Below, in pieces: positions 55,633 through 64,000 of a stretch of DNA of 64,000 bases. This stretch comes from an uncultured Granulicatella sp. (lineage in GTDB: Bacteria > Bacillota > Bacilli > Lactobacillales > Aerococcaceae). Below the pieces are notes generated by a model. That model saw only the letters and a program-made list of their open reading frames with translations, was not told where the DNA came from and did not search any database. Where the stretch lies: the NCBI RefSeq assembly GCF_963515615.1, contig NZ_CAUPZT010000003.1, forward strand, positions 3,841 through 67,840. The letters run 5' to 3'. The position numbers and the translations under genes are program-made. Positions within the stretch are counted from its first letter, which is position 1. Every line of letters starts with the position of its first letter.

Positions 55633-55914
55633 TTAAGATTGCCAGTTTTTCTCATATACATCACTATATACTTCATTTAATGCATATTCTAAATCTGCCA
55701 TTAATTGATGCCCTTCATTTGCTTCAACTACCCCAATTGAAACTGCAAATTCTACTTGTTTAGATAAACCAAATAATTGAGTATCAACTACTTCTTCAAA
55801 TGCTGGACATTTTGCAATACATAAATGATTTTTTTGCTGATGAATTAATTGATAAATTTTATTAGCATTTTCTTTTAATTGCTCTAATGCTTGATTTTGC
55901 TTTGTATTTGACAT
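55633..55914 (-). CDS. YlaN/UPF0358 family protein
   Basis: 93 aa; ..CPAFEEVVDTQLFGLSKQVEFAV..G.. pattern; conserved position upstream of ftsW. Confidence 0.75.
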   Translation of the reverse strand: MSNTKQNQALEQLKENANKIYQLIHQQKNHLCIAKCPAFEEVVDTQLFGLSKQVEFAVSIGVVEANEGHQLMADLEYALNEVYSDVYEKNWQS

Positions 55915-55988
55915 ACACTTTCTCCTTTTGAATAAAATAACTCAAAATGATTATACCACAAAGAGTCAGCTTTTCTAAATAATGATTC

Positions 55989-56028
55989 AAAAAAACTCTA
56001 TTTGTGACTAAATCGCACAAATAGAGTT
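55989..56028 (-). terminator. Rho-independent terminator after tex
   Basis: AACTCTATTTGTG/CACAAATAGAGTT stem followed by TTTTTTG on the minus strand. Confidence 0.7.
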
Positions 56029-56047
56029 GTATACATACTAATTTTAT

Positions 56048-58237
56048 TTATTTATTTGGAGGAAGCATCGATAAGCCTACTCTTCCTTTTTTAGAATCTA
56101 TTTCAATAACCCATACTGTTACAATATCCCCAACTGCAACAACATCACTTGGATGTTTCACAAATCCTTGTTTCATTCTAGAAATATGAACTAAGCCATC
56201 TTGTTTTACGCCAATATCAACAAATGCACCAAAGTCAACTACATTACGAATCGTACCTTGTAATTCCATTCCGACTTGAATATCTTCCATTGATAAAACA
56301 TCACTTCTTAAAATTGGAGGATCAATTTCCTCACGAGGATCTCTTCCAGGTTTTGTTAATCCTGCAAAAATCATATCCAAAGTTTCAAATCCAATTCCTA
56401 ACTCTTCAGATAATGAGTCTTTATCAAGAATAGACAGCGCTTGTCCTACTTTTTCTGTCCCTATTTCTAATTTTGTTGCTTGAATTTTTTCTAAAATCTT
56501 TTCAGCAATTTCATATGATTCTGGGTGAATATCTGTTCCATCTAGTGGATTTTTCCCATCCACAATTCTTAAAAATCCTACTGCTTGTTCAAAAGCCTTT
56601 GGTCCTAAGCGAGGCACTTTTTTCAATTGAGAACGATTCGTAAATTTGCCATTTTCATCACGATAAGCAACTACATTTGCGGCAGTTGTTTTTGTTAATC
56701 CTGCAATATGTTCTAGTAAAGCTGCACTCGCTGTATTGACATTCACTCCAACTTTATTCACGGCAGTTTCTACAACAATATCTAATCTCTCATCCAATTG
56801 TTTTTGACTAACATCATGTTGATATTGACCTACTCCTACTGCTTTTGGATCAATTTTCACTAATTCTGCTAATGGATCTTGCAAGCGACGAGCAATACTT
56901 ACTGCAGAACGTTCTTCAACTTGATAATCTGGGAATTCTTTTCGTGCAATCTCACTAGCTGAATAAACAGATGCACCCGCTTCACTCACAATCGTATAAT
57001 AAATTTTACGATTGATTCCCTTAATCTGTTCACTGACAAATGCTTCCGATTCACGGCTTGCAGTACCATTTCCGATTGCGATTAAAGTAACCTGATAATC
57101 TTCTAATAATTTTTTAAAACTTTCTCCTGCCTGAGCTCGTTTAAAATCACTCGCTCCTTGGTGCGGATATATAACTGCTTTGTCTAAAACTTTGCCTGTT
57201 TCATCAATAATCGCTAGTTTACAACCTGTTCTATATGCTGGGTCTAATCCTAAAATTACATGTCCTTTCATTGGAGCTTGTAATAATAAATTTTGTAAAT
57301 TTTCTCCGAAAATCTCTATTGCCTGTGTTTGAGCTTTTTCTGTTAATTCCGAACGAATTTCACGTTCAATCGCAGGTGCAATGAAACGTTTATAACTATC
57401 CTCAATTGCTGCTTTTATATAAATCGCAGATGGAGAATCTGTTTTTGAAATTTCTTTCTTTATGATTTTTTCTAATGGAATCGTTGCATCAACTTCCAAG
57501 CTAACTTTTAACACACCTTCTTTTTCAGCACGATTCACCGCTAAAATTCTGTGTGGCACAATTGTTTTAACGAGTTCCTGATAGTCGTAATACATTTCGT
57601 ATACGTGTTTTTCGTCTTTTTCCTCGTCTTTAAGACTTGTGACAAGCATAGCTTTTTTCAAAGTATTTTCTCGAACTAGTTTTCTATAAAATGCATTATC
57701 TGAAATTCTTTCTGCTATAATTTCTAAAGCACCTTTTAAAGCATCTTCAATCGTTAAAATGTCTTTTTCTGGATTTATAAATGTCGTTGCTTTACTTTCA
57801 ATTTCTTCCATCGTACAAGCAGATAAAAATTCAGCAAGTGGTTCTAATCCTGCTTCTTTAGCAATAGTAGCTTTTGTATGTTTCTTTTGTTTAAATGGTC
57901 GATAAATATCTTCTAAAGCAGTTAATGTTTTAGCTTTCATTAAGTCAGATAAGATTTCATCTGTTAATTTTTCTTGTTCATCAATTAATCGAATGACTTC
58001 ATCTTTTCTTTTTTCAAAATTAACTAAATAGCGATATCTTTCTTCAATTTCACGAATTTGAACTTCGTCCAAACTCCCAGTTTGATCTTTACGATAACGT
58101 GCTATAAATGGAACGGTATTCCCATCTTCTAATAAAGCTAGAACTGTATCAATTTGTTTTGAAGTATAGTGACTTAATTCTTGCTTCAATATCTCCAAAG
58201 CACGATACTCAATTGTTAATTCTTTTTGTTCCATCAT
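56048..58237 (-). CDS. tex: Tex-like transcription accessory protein (YqgF/HhH/S1 domains)
   Basis: 729 aa; N-terminus ..NTVPFIARYRKD.., C-terminal S1 domain (GTIRNVVDFGAFVDIG..DGLVHIS). Confidence 0.9.
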   Translation of the reverse strand: MMEQKELTIEYRALEILKQELSHYTSKQIDTVLALLEDGNTVPFIARYRKDQTGSLDEVQIREIEERYRYLVNFEKRKDEVIRLIDEQEKLTDEILSDLMKAKTLTALEDIYRPFKQKKHTKATIAKEAGLEPLAEFLSACTMEEIESKATTFINPEKDILTIEDALKGALEIIAERISDNAFYRKLVRENTLKKAMLVTSLKDEEKDEKHVYEMYYDYQELVKTIVPHRILAVNRAEKEGVLKVSLEVDATIPLEKIIKKEISKTDSPSAIYIKAAIEDSYKRFIAPAIEREIRSELTEKAQTQAIEIFGENLQNLLLQAPMKGHVILGLDPAYRTGCKLAIIDETGKVLDKAVIYPHQGASDFKRAQAGESFKKLLEDYQVTLIAIGNGTASRESEAFVSEQIKGINRKIYYTIVSEAGASVYSASEIARKEFPDYQVEERSAVSIARRLQDPLAELVKIDPKAVGVGQYQHDVSQKQLDERLDIVVETAVNKVGVNVNTASAALLEHIAGLTKTTAANVVAYRDENGKFTNRSQLKKVPRLGPKAFEQAVGFLRIVDGKNPLDGTDIHPESYEIAEKILEKIQATKLEIGTEKVGQALSILDKDSLSEELGIGFETLDMIFAGLTKPGRDPREEIDPPILRSDVLSMEDIQVGMELQGTIRNVVDFGAFVDIGVKQDGLVHISRMKQGFVKHPSDVVAVGDIVTVWVIEIDSKKGRVGLSMLPPNK

Positions 58238-58295
58238 ACCCCTCCATTCGATTTTATCCTAACATAAAATTTATTCTATTGAAAGTATTTTCAAT

Positions 58296-58378
58296 TTTCC
58301 TAAAAAAGATAAAATTCTCACAATAAAAAAATTTTTTTTTAAGATTTTTTCGTATCTATAAGTAAAGAGACAATAGTC
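58296..58378 (+). repeat. Direct repeat A1 (promoter module) upstream of the DUF1016 nuclease gene
   Basis: TTTTCCTAAAAAAG..ATAAAAAAATTTTTTTTTAAGATTTTTTCGTATCTATAAGTAAAGAGACAATAGT; near-identical second copy at 59587-59659. Confidence 0.8.
58345..58362 (+). promoter_or_regulatory. Competence-type box inside repeat A1
   Basis: TTTTTTCGTATCTATAAG; identical core to the comEA box. Confidence 0.5.
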
Positions 58379-58455
58379 GTATTCAAAATAAAATTAAGGG
58401 ATAATAAAAATGAAAGAACAGATAAACATACAAAATCTAAAAGAGATGAAACTAA

Positions 58456-59481
58456 ATGAAGCATGAAATAGATAACATTCATCAAGATATTTATAACAAT
58501 ATTAAACAATTAATGAATCAAGCAAGGAATAAGGTATCCAGAGAAGTCAATAATATTCTTGTTCAAACCTATTGGGAAATTGGACGAATTATCGTAGAAG
58601 ATGAACAGGAAAACTTAAATAGAGCTGAGTATGGGAAAAAATTAATAGCAGATTTATCAAAGAGACTTACAAAAGAATATGGCAAAGGATTTTCAAGGTC
58701 TAATTTACAAAATATGAGGAATTTTTATTTGTTGTATCCAATTTGCCAGACACTGTCTGGCAAATTAAGTTGGTCACATTATTGTGAATTACTGTCTGTC
58801 AGTGATGAAAAGAAACGAAGTTTTTACGAAAAAGAAACCATTCAAGCAAATTGGTCGGTAAGAGAGTTGAAACGGCAAATTAAAACCTCGCTTTTTGAAA
58901 GGTTACTACTCTCATCGGGAGAAGAGAATAAAGAAAAAGTATTAGACTTAGCTCTAAAAGGAAATGAAATTAATAAGGCAAGTGATCTTGTAAAAGATCC
59001 TTATGTATTTGAATTTTTAGGATTACCTGAAGAAAAGCTTATGATGGAAAGTGATTTAGAAAAATCTTTAATGACTCACATTGAAAAATTCTTACTTGAA
59101 CTAGGCAAAGGCTTTATGTATGTGGGAACACAACAAAGAATAACACTTGGAAACACTCATTATTATGTGGATATGGTATTTTACAATAAACTATTAAAAA
59201 GTTATGTTTTGATTGAATTAAAAACCGGAAAACTAATGCCAGAAGCTGTTGGACAACTCAATATGTATTTGAACTACTACAAAACAGAAGTAAATGATGA
59301 AACGGATCATGAACCAATTGGAATTATCCTTTGTACCGATAAGGATAGTATTCAAGCAGAATATGCTCTTGGAAATTTATCTAATCAAATATTTGCATCT
59401 AAATACACTTTGTATATTCCAGATAGAGAAGTACTTGAGGAACAAGTTGAGAGAGTGTTAAGGGATTATAACGGGAAATAA
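58456..59481 (+). CDS. YhcG/DUF1016-family PD-(D/E)XK nuclease
   Basis: N-terminal ..VNNILVQTYWEIGRIIVE.. and ..KGFSRSNLQNMRNFY.. are typical of DUF1016. C-terminal restriction-like core YYVDMVFYN...YVLIELKTGK (D..ExK) is intact. Confidence 0.75.
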   Translation: MKHEIDNIHQDIYNNIKQLMNQARNKVSREVNNILVQTYWEIGRIIVEDEQENLNRAEYGKKLIADLSKRLTKEYGKGFSRSNLQNMRNFYLLYPICQTLSGKLSWSHYCELLSVSDEKKRSFYEKETIQANWSVRELKRQIKTSLFERLLLSSGEENKEKVLDLALKGNEINKASDLVKDPYVFEFLGLPEEKLMMESDLEKSLMTHIEKFLLELGKGFMYVGTQQRITLGNTHYYVDMVFYNKLLKSYVLIELKTGKLMPEAVGQLNMYLNYYKTEVNDETDHEPIGIILCTDKDSIQAEYALGNLSNQIFASKYTLYIPDREVLEEQVERVLRDYNGK

Positions 59482-59586
59482 ACTAGCGTTAAATAAAAAT
59501 TGAAAGCTACTTATTCAAAAAATAAAGGACGATTACGGGAATACAAATAGTAAAATCCAAAAAATAAAGTGAACATCCCGACTTAA

Positions 59587-59659
59587 TTTTTCTAAAAAAG
59601 TTACCATAAAAAAATTTTTTTTAAGATTTTTTTCGTATCTATAAGTGAAGAGACAATAC
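59587..59659 (+). repeat. Direct repeat A2 (promoter module) upstream of the Rpn-like gene
   Basis: TTTTTCTAAAAAAG..ATAAAAAAATTTTTTTTAAGATTTTTTTCGTATCTATAAGTGAAGAGACAATACT. Confidence 0.8.
59627..59645 (+). promoter_or_regulatory. Competence-type box inside repeat A2
   Basis: TTTTTTTCGTATCTATAAG. Confidence 0.5.
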
Positions 59660-59715
59660 TAAAAATAATTTACTAGTATTCTCCTTCAAAAATAAAATAG
59701 AGAGGATGTTATCCG

Positions 59716-60369
59716 ATGGAAAAACGTACGAACCAAGCACAAACAATGACAAATGTCCTAGCACAGAAAGTTTTCAGTAATCCTGAAATAACGGCACAAT
59801 TTATGAGTGATATACTAGAACTACCCGTTCATGAAGTAAAATTACTGAATCCTTTTGAGAATCTGGATCATAATAAAGCAAGCATCACTGCCTTAGCACA
59901 ATTAGCCAGTAGATCCGAAATGATAATAGAAATTCAAATAGTGGAGGAAGTTAATATCAACGAATCCTATTATTTATATCTTTCAAACTATTTCACTAAA
60001 AATAAAGAGTTATTTGAAGCAAAAGAACTTAATCCAATGTACTTTGTCAATGAAGTACTACCATTTTATACCATTTACATCACACAAAAACGATGTTTCG
60101 ATGATGAAAGAATGTTCCATTCATTCACTTTATTAAGTGATGCTTCAAACGAATCACTAAAAGTAGATTTCAAAGGATTCGATGAACCACAAAATCTTGC
60201 TGAAATGAAATTTTTAGAATTGGATAAATATCATACAGAATATACACAAGATTACAGTAAAGTACGTTGGATTGAATTGTTCACTAATAACCCATTTACA
60301 CAAGCACCAGACCCTATACTCAAACAAGTAGAACAAATTCGAAAAACACTTGAAGACAGAAAAGAGTAA
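59716..60369 (+). CDS. Short Rpn/YhgA-like PD-(D/E)XK family protein (possibly degenerate)
   Basis: 217 aa; N-terminal ..NVLAQKVFSNPEITAQFMSDILELPV.. and ..EMIIEIQ.. resemble the PD-(D/E)XK transposase_31 family. The usual upstream Asp is not evident and the protein is shorter than the typical ~300 aa. Confidence 0.4.
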   Translation: MEKRTNQAQTMTNVLAQKVFSNPEITAQFMSDILELPVHEVKLLNPFENLDHNKASITALAQLASRSEMIIEIQIVEEVNINESYYLYLSNYFTKNKELFEAKELNPMYFVNEVLPFYTIYITQKRCFDDERMFHSFTLLSDASNESLKVDFKGFDEPQNLAEMKFLELDKYHTEYTQDYSKVRWIELFTNNPFTQAPDPILKQVEQIRKTLEDRKE

Positions 60370-60477
60370 TGCTCATTTTACAGTAAAACACTATGATAAC
60401 GACTCGATAAAAAAAGGGCAGCTGTAATAACGGCTGCCCTTTTTATCCATAAAACACCAAAAACTCTCCTATCATCC

Positions 60478-60559
60478 AAAAAGACTTCGCATAGTAGCTC
60501 AAGGCATGAAACACCGAAGCTGGTTGCTGCCGTCCCTAGCTACTATATAGCAAAGTCTA
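60478..60559 (+). repeat. Nested-hairpin repeat, copy 9 (short form)
   Basis: AAAAGACTTCGCATAGTAGCT..GAAACACCGAAGCTGGTTGCTGCCGTCCCTAGCTACTATATAGCAAAGTCT; between convergent genes. Confidence 0.7.
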
Positions 60560-60571
60560 TTTCTAAATTTA

Positions 60572-62380
60572 TCAGTCTAAATCAAGCTGCCCCGTATACA
60601 ATTGATAGTACACACCTTGTTTTTCCATTAAACTTTCATGGTTCCCACGCTCAATAATCTCACCATGGTCCATAACCATAATCACATCCGCATTACGAAT
60701 CGTCGATAAACGATGGGCAATTACAAACGAAGTTCTACCTTCCATCAATTGGTCCATCCCTTTACTAATCAACGCTTCCGTATGACTATCAATCGAACTA
60801 GTCGCTTCATCCAAAATTAACACCTTCGGATTTGCTACTGCAGCCCTAGCAATCGCTAATAACTGTCTTTGCCCTTGAGAAAGACCTTCACCATCACCAG
60901 TAATCTCCGTTTGATACCCATGAGGCAAACGTTTAATGAACCCATGCGCATTCGCTAATTTCGCAGCTTTTACCACTTCATCATCTGTCGCATCTAAATT
61001 CCCATAACGAATATTATCTGCAATCGAACCCGTAAACAAATGCGTATCTTGTAATACAATCGAAATGGTTTTACGTAAATCATCTTTCTTAATTTCCGTA
61101 ATCGGAATTGTATCAAACGTAATTTCTCCATTATCAATTTCATAAAATCGATTAATTAAATTCGTAATCGTAGTTTTCCCAGCACCTGTTGCACCCACAA
61201 AAGCTACTTTCAATCCTGGTTCAGCCCAAACATTGATTTTTTTCAAAATTGGTACATCTGAAACATAACTAAAGTCCACTTCATTCAATTGAATATTCCC
61301 AACAACAGGGATTCTCTCTTCTCCTTTTACCCAATACCATTGTTTTGAATCTGTTTGATCTAAAGTTACAGTTCCTTCATCCACTTCAGATTCTTCTTTT
61401 AATATCGCAAAAATTCGTTCTGCCCCAGCCATTGCAGCTAATAAGACATTTGTTTGTTGTGACATTTGTGCTAATGGTTGTGCAAATGTTCTTGAATATT
61501 GTAAAAATGAAGCTAACGCCCCAACGTCCATTCCTTGAAATACGACTAAATATCCACCAACTGAAGCGGTTAAAGCATAATTAATATAACTAATATTGCC
61601 TAAAATAGGAAACATGATATTTGAATTAAATTGTGCTTGATTCGCAGCTTCTCTTAATTGAGAATTTAAAGTTTCAAATTCTTTTAAGACTAATGTTTCA
61701 TGATTGAATACTTTAACGACTTTTTGCCCTTCAATATGTTCTTCTACAAAGCCATTCACTTGCCCTAGAACTTTTTGTTGTTCAGCAAAGAATTTACCCG
61801 AACGACCTGCTACTACTCTAACAATCGCAAACATAATCAAGACCATAACAATCAACATTACTGTTAAAATTGGAGATAAAATAATCATCATCACAAAAGT
61901 TAGCACCAATTGTAATAAAGAGCTGACAATCATCAACATACTATTATTAAACGCTTGTTGGATATTTTCAAAATCATTTGTAAAACGAGACATTAAATCC
62001 CCATGTTTATTTGTATCAAAGAAACGAATTGGCAATGTTTGAATATGGTCGAATAAATCTTTTCTCATCGTTTCAATCGTTTGTTGACCAATCGTAATCA
62101 TAATTTTCCCAGAGAAATAATTCGCAATCGCCCCAATAATATAAATCAACCCAATGACTCCTAGCATTTTTGCTAGACCTACTACATCTTTTGTCGCAAT
62201 AAAATCATTAATTAATGGTCGAATAAAGTAAGTCCCTACAATTCCTGCAGCACTACCTAACACAACTAATAAAAGAACAGCGAAAAGACTCCACTTACTT
62301 TTCCATAAATAGCTCCATAAGTCAGCTAATGTTTGCTTTAAATTTTCAGGACGTTTTGATCCGATTTTTTTAACGCTCAT
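60572..62380 (-). CDS. ABC multidrug-type exporter, permease/ATPase subunit B of a heterodimer
   Basis: 602 aa; Walker A GATGAGKTT, signature LSQGQRQLL, Walker B LILDEATSSID. Confidence 0.85.
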   Translation of the reverse strand: MSVKKIGSKRPENLKQTLADLWSYLWKSKWSLFAVLLLVVLGSAAGIVGTYFIRPLINDFIATKDVVGLAKMLGVIGLIYIIGAIANYFSGKIMITIGQQTIETMRKDLFDHIQTLPIRFFDTNKHGDLMSRFTNDFENIQQAFNNSMLMIVSSLLQLVLTFVMMIILSPILTVMLIVMVLIMFAIVRVVAGRSGKFFAEQQKVLGQVNGFVEEHIEGQKVVKVFNHETLVLKEFETLNSQLREAANQAQFNSNIMFPILGNISYINYALTASVGGYLVVFQGMDVGALASFLQYSRTFAQPLAQMSQQTNVLLAAMAGAERIFAILKEESEVDEGTVTLDQTDSKQWYWVKGEERIPVVGNIQLNEVDFSYVSDVPILKKINVWAEPGLKVAFVGATGAGKTTITNLINRFYEIDNGEITFDTIPITEIKKDDLRKTISIVLQDTHLFTGSIADNIRYGNLDATDDEVVKAAKLANAHGFIKRLPHGYQTEITGDGEGLSQGQRQLLAIARAAVANPKVLILDEATSSIDSHTEALISKGMDQLMEGRTSFVIAHRLSTIRNADVIMVMDHGEIIERGNHESLMEKQGVYYQLYTGQLDLD

Positions 62381-64000
62381 CTACTTTCGCTCCTTCCATT
62401 TGAGTTTCATAAATTTCACGATACAGTTCGTTATTTTCCATTAATGTTTCGTGTGTTCCAATTCCATTCATTTTTCCATCTTCTAACACAACAATCTTAT
62501 CTGCACCTTGGATAGATGAAATTCTTTGCGCAATAATAATAACAGTTGTATCTGGTAAATGATTAAAGAACGCTTCACGAATTAATGAATCTGTTGATGT
62601 GTCCACCGCAGAAGTTGAATCGTCTAAAATTAAAACAGCTGGTTTTCTCAACATTGCTCTTGCAATACATAAACGTTGTTTTTGACCCCCAGAGAAATTT
62701 CTTCCACCTTGTTCAACTTTTGTATCATACCCTTCTGGCATTTCCATAATAAACTGATGTGCCTGGGCATATTTAGCAACTTGAATCATTTCTTCTTCGG
62801 TTGCATGAGGATTTCCCCATAATAAGTTTTCTCGAATCGTTCCAGAAAACAGTGTATTTTTTTGAAGAACCATCGCTACTTGACTTCTTAAATCAGAAAA
62901 TGCATAATCACGAACATCTTTCCCTGCAACTCGAACACTTCCTGCCGTTGCATCATACAATCGAGGAATTAACTGAACTAGTGATGTTTTACCAGAACCG
63001 GTTGGCCCAATAATTCCAAGAATTTGTCCACTTTTCACTGAAAAATGAATATCATTTAACACTTCTTCTTGTTGATCTTTTCCGTATGAGAAATGAACAT
63101 GATCAAACTCAATATCGCCACGAGTAATTTCTGTTGGAATCACTTGCTCAGGTTCTACAATATCCACTTCTGTGTCAATCACTTCAAAAATACGATCCAT
63201 TGAAGCTTTTGTCATCGTTAACATGACAAAAACAAAGGAAATCATCATTAAGGACATTAAAATTTGTGTAATATAAGAAATGAAACTAATTAATTCTCCA
63301 GTCGTCATTTCTCCATGCATTACAAATTTTCCACCAAACCACATCACAGCAATTGTACAAGCGTAAACCGTTAATTGCATGATAGGGTTATTCCATACGA
63401 TGACATACATCGCATGTAAAGCACGTGTTTTAAAGTTTGTATTTTCAACACCAAACTTCACACGTTCGAAAGGCTCACGAACAAAAGATTTCACTACTCG
63501 AATTCCAATAAAATTTTCTTGAAGAATGCGGTTAATACCATCTGTTGCTTGTTGTAATAATCTAAAACGAGGAAACGCTGTTGAAATAATAAGCGCCAAG
63601 CTTACTACTAAAAATGGAACTGCAACTACAAAGACTAATGACAATTGTGCATTTAATGACACCGCAAAGAAGAATGCAAATAAGAACATCATTGGCGCAC
63701 GTGCTAAAATACGCATCGTCATAATCGCTGTATTTTGAACATTTGTCACATCACTCGTCATACGTGTAATTAAAGACGCATTTGAAAAGAAATCCAAATT
63801 CTTAAATGAAAATTCTTGAATTTTCTTCATTTGCGCACTTCTTAATTCACTTGCAACACCGGTTCCTGCAATAGATGCAAATTTTGCACCTAACACCCCT
63901 GCCCCAAGAGAAATCATTGCAACGATAATCATTAAAATTCCATACCATAAAATCATAGTAGTATCTCGATTTGGAATTCCTTCGTCAATAATTTTTAACA
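62370..64000 (-). CDS. ABC multidrug-type exporter subunit A (5' end outside the window)
   Basis: Walker A GPTGSGKTS, signature FSGGQKQRL, Walker B LILDDSTSAVD. The frame stays open upstream of the listed Met to the window end (..KIIDEGIPNRDTTMILWYG). Confidence 0.85.
   Translation of the reverse strand, partial: LKIIDEGIPNRDTTMILWYGILMIIVAMISLGAGVLGAKFASIAGTGVASELRSAQMKKIQEFSFKNLDFFSNASLITRMTSDVTNVQNTAIMTMRILARAPMMFLFAFFFAVSLNAQLSLVFVVAVPFLVVSLALIISTAFPRFRLLQQATDGINRILQENFIGIRVVKSFVREPFERVKFGVENTNFKTRALHAMYVIVWNNPIMQLTVYACTIAVMWFGGKFVMHGEMTTGELISFISYITQILMSLMMISFVFVMLTMTKASMDRIFEVIDTEVDIVEPEQVIPTEITRGDIEFDHVHFSYGKDQQEEVLNDIHFSVKSGQILGIIGPTGSGKTSLVQLIPRLYDATAGSVRVAGKDVRDYAFSDLRSQVAMVLQKNTLFSGTIRENLLWGNPHATEEEMIQVAKYAQAHQFIMEMPEGYDTKVEQGGRNFSGGQKQRLCIARAMLRKPAVLILDDSTSAVDTSTDSLIREAFFNHLPDTTVIIIAQRISSIQGADKIVVLEDGKMNGIGTHETLMENNELYREIYETQMEGAKVDER

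Noticed and set aside
1-64000. Prophage, IS element, integrase, tRNA/rRNA genes or a cas/restriction operon anywhere in the window.
   Set aside because: No translation resembles a transposase, integrase, capsid, terminase, Cas or methyltransferase motif, and no tRNA-like or rRNA-like sequence was noticed. The absence call is by eye only and should be confirmed with tRNAscan, Infernal and HMM searches.

Overview
AT-rich (roughly one-third GC by eye) chromosomal segment from a low-GC Firmicute of class Bacilli. The gene order ylaN-ftsW-pyc, ylbG-rsmD-coaD-ylbL, comEA-comEC-holA-rpsT matches the Bacillus/Lactobacillales backbone; I cannot name the genus from sequence alone. About 47 of 54 genes are on the minus strand. 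Housekeeping content: ddl (partial), radC, folC, valS with a T-box leader, ftsEX, prfB with its programmed +1 frameshift, secA, hpf, gldA, comFA/FC, an opp operon split by an orphan acpP, rex, an ABC-F ATPase, asd, uvrB, rpsT, holA, comEA/EC, pyc, ftsW, tex and three heterodimeric ABC exporter pairs. No rRNA, tRNA, CRISPR array, transposase or integrase was found. Five things stand out. (1) A modular nested-hairpin repeat family has 9 copies, all in one orientation and always just 3' of stop codons, with compensatory base changes between copies. (2) A box T6-7(G)CGTAT(A/C)TATA(A/G) sits directly upstream of all three competence operons here (radC, comFA-FC, comEA-EC). The same box lies inside a duplicated ~75-bp module in front of two plus-strand PD-(D/E)XK nuclease-family genes at 58.3-60.4 kb, which suggests a competence-wired nuclease pair. 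(3) ComEC has a degenerate metallo-beta-lactamase motif. (4) An accessory islet at 24.4-32.0 kb holds a TacT-like GNAT toxin with an atypically short overlapping partner, three ABC half-transporters (one with an in-frame TAA), a LanC/LanM C-terminal remnant, and a 63-aa gene with a consensus promoter, a palindromic operator and a strong terminator. (5) An orphan 476-aa gene plus a repeat copy lies between prfB and ftsEX. Functional calls rest on my recognition of motifs in the translations; no database search was possible.
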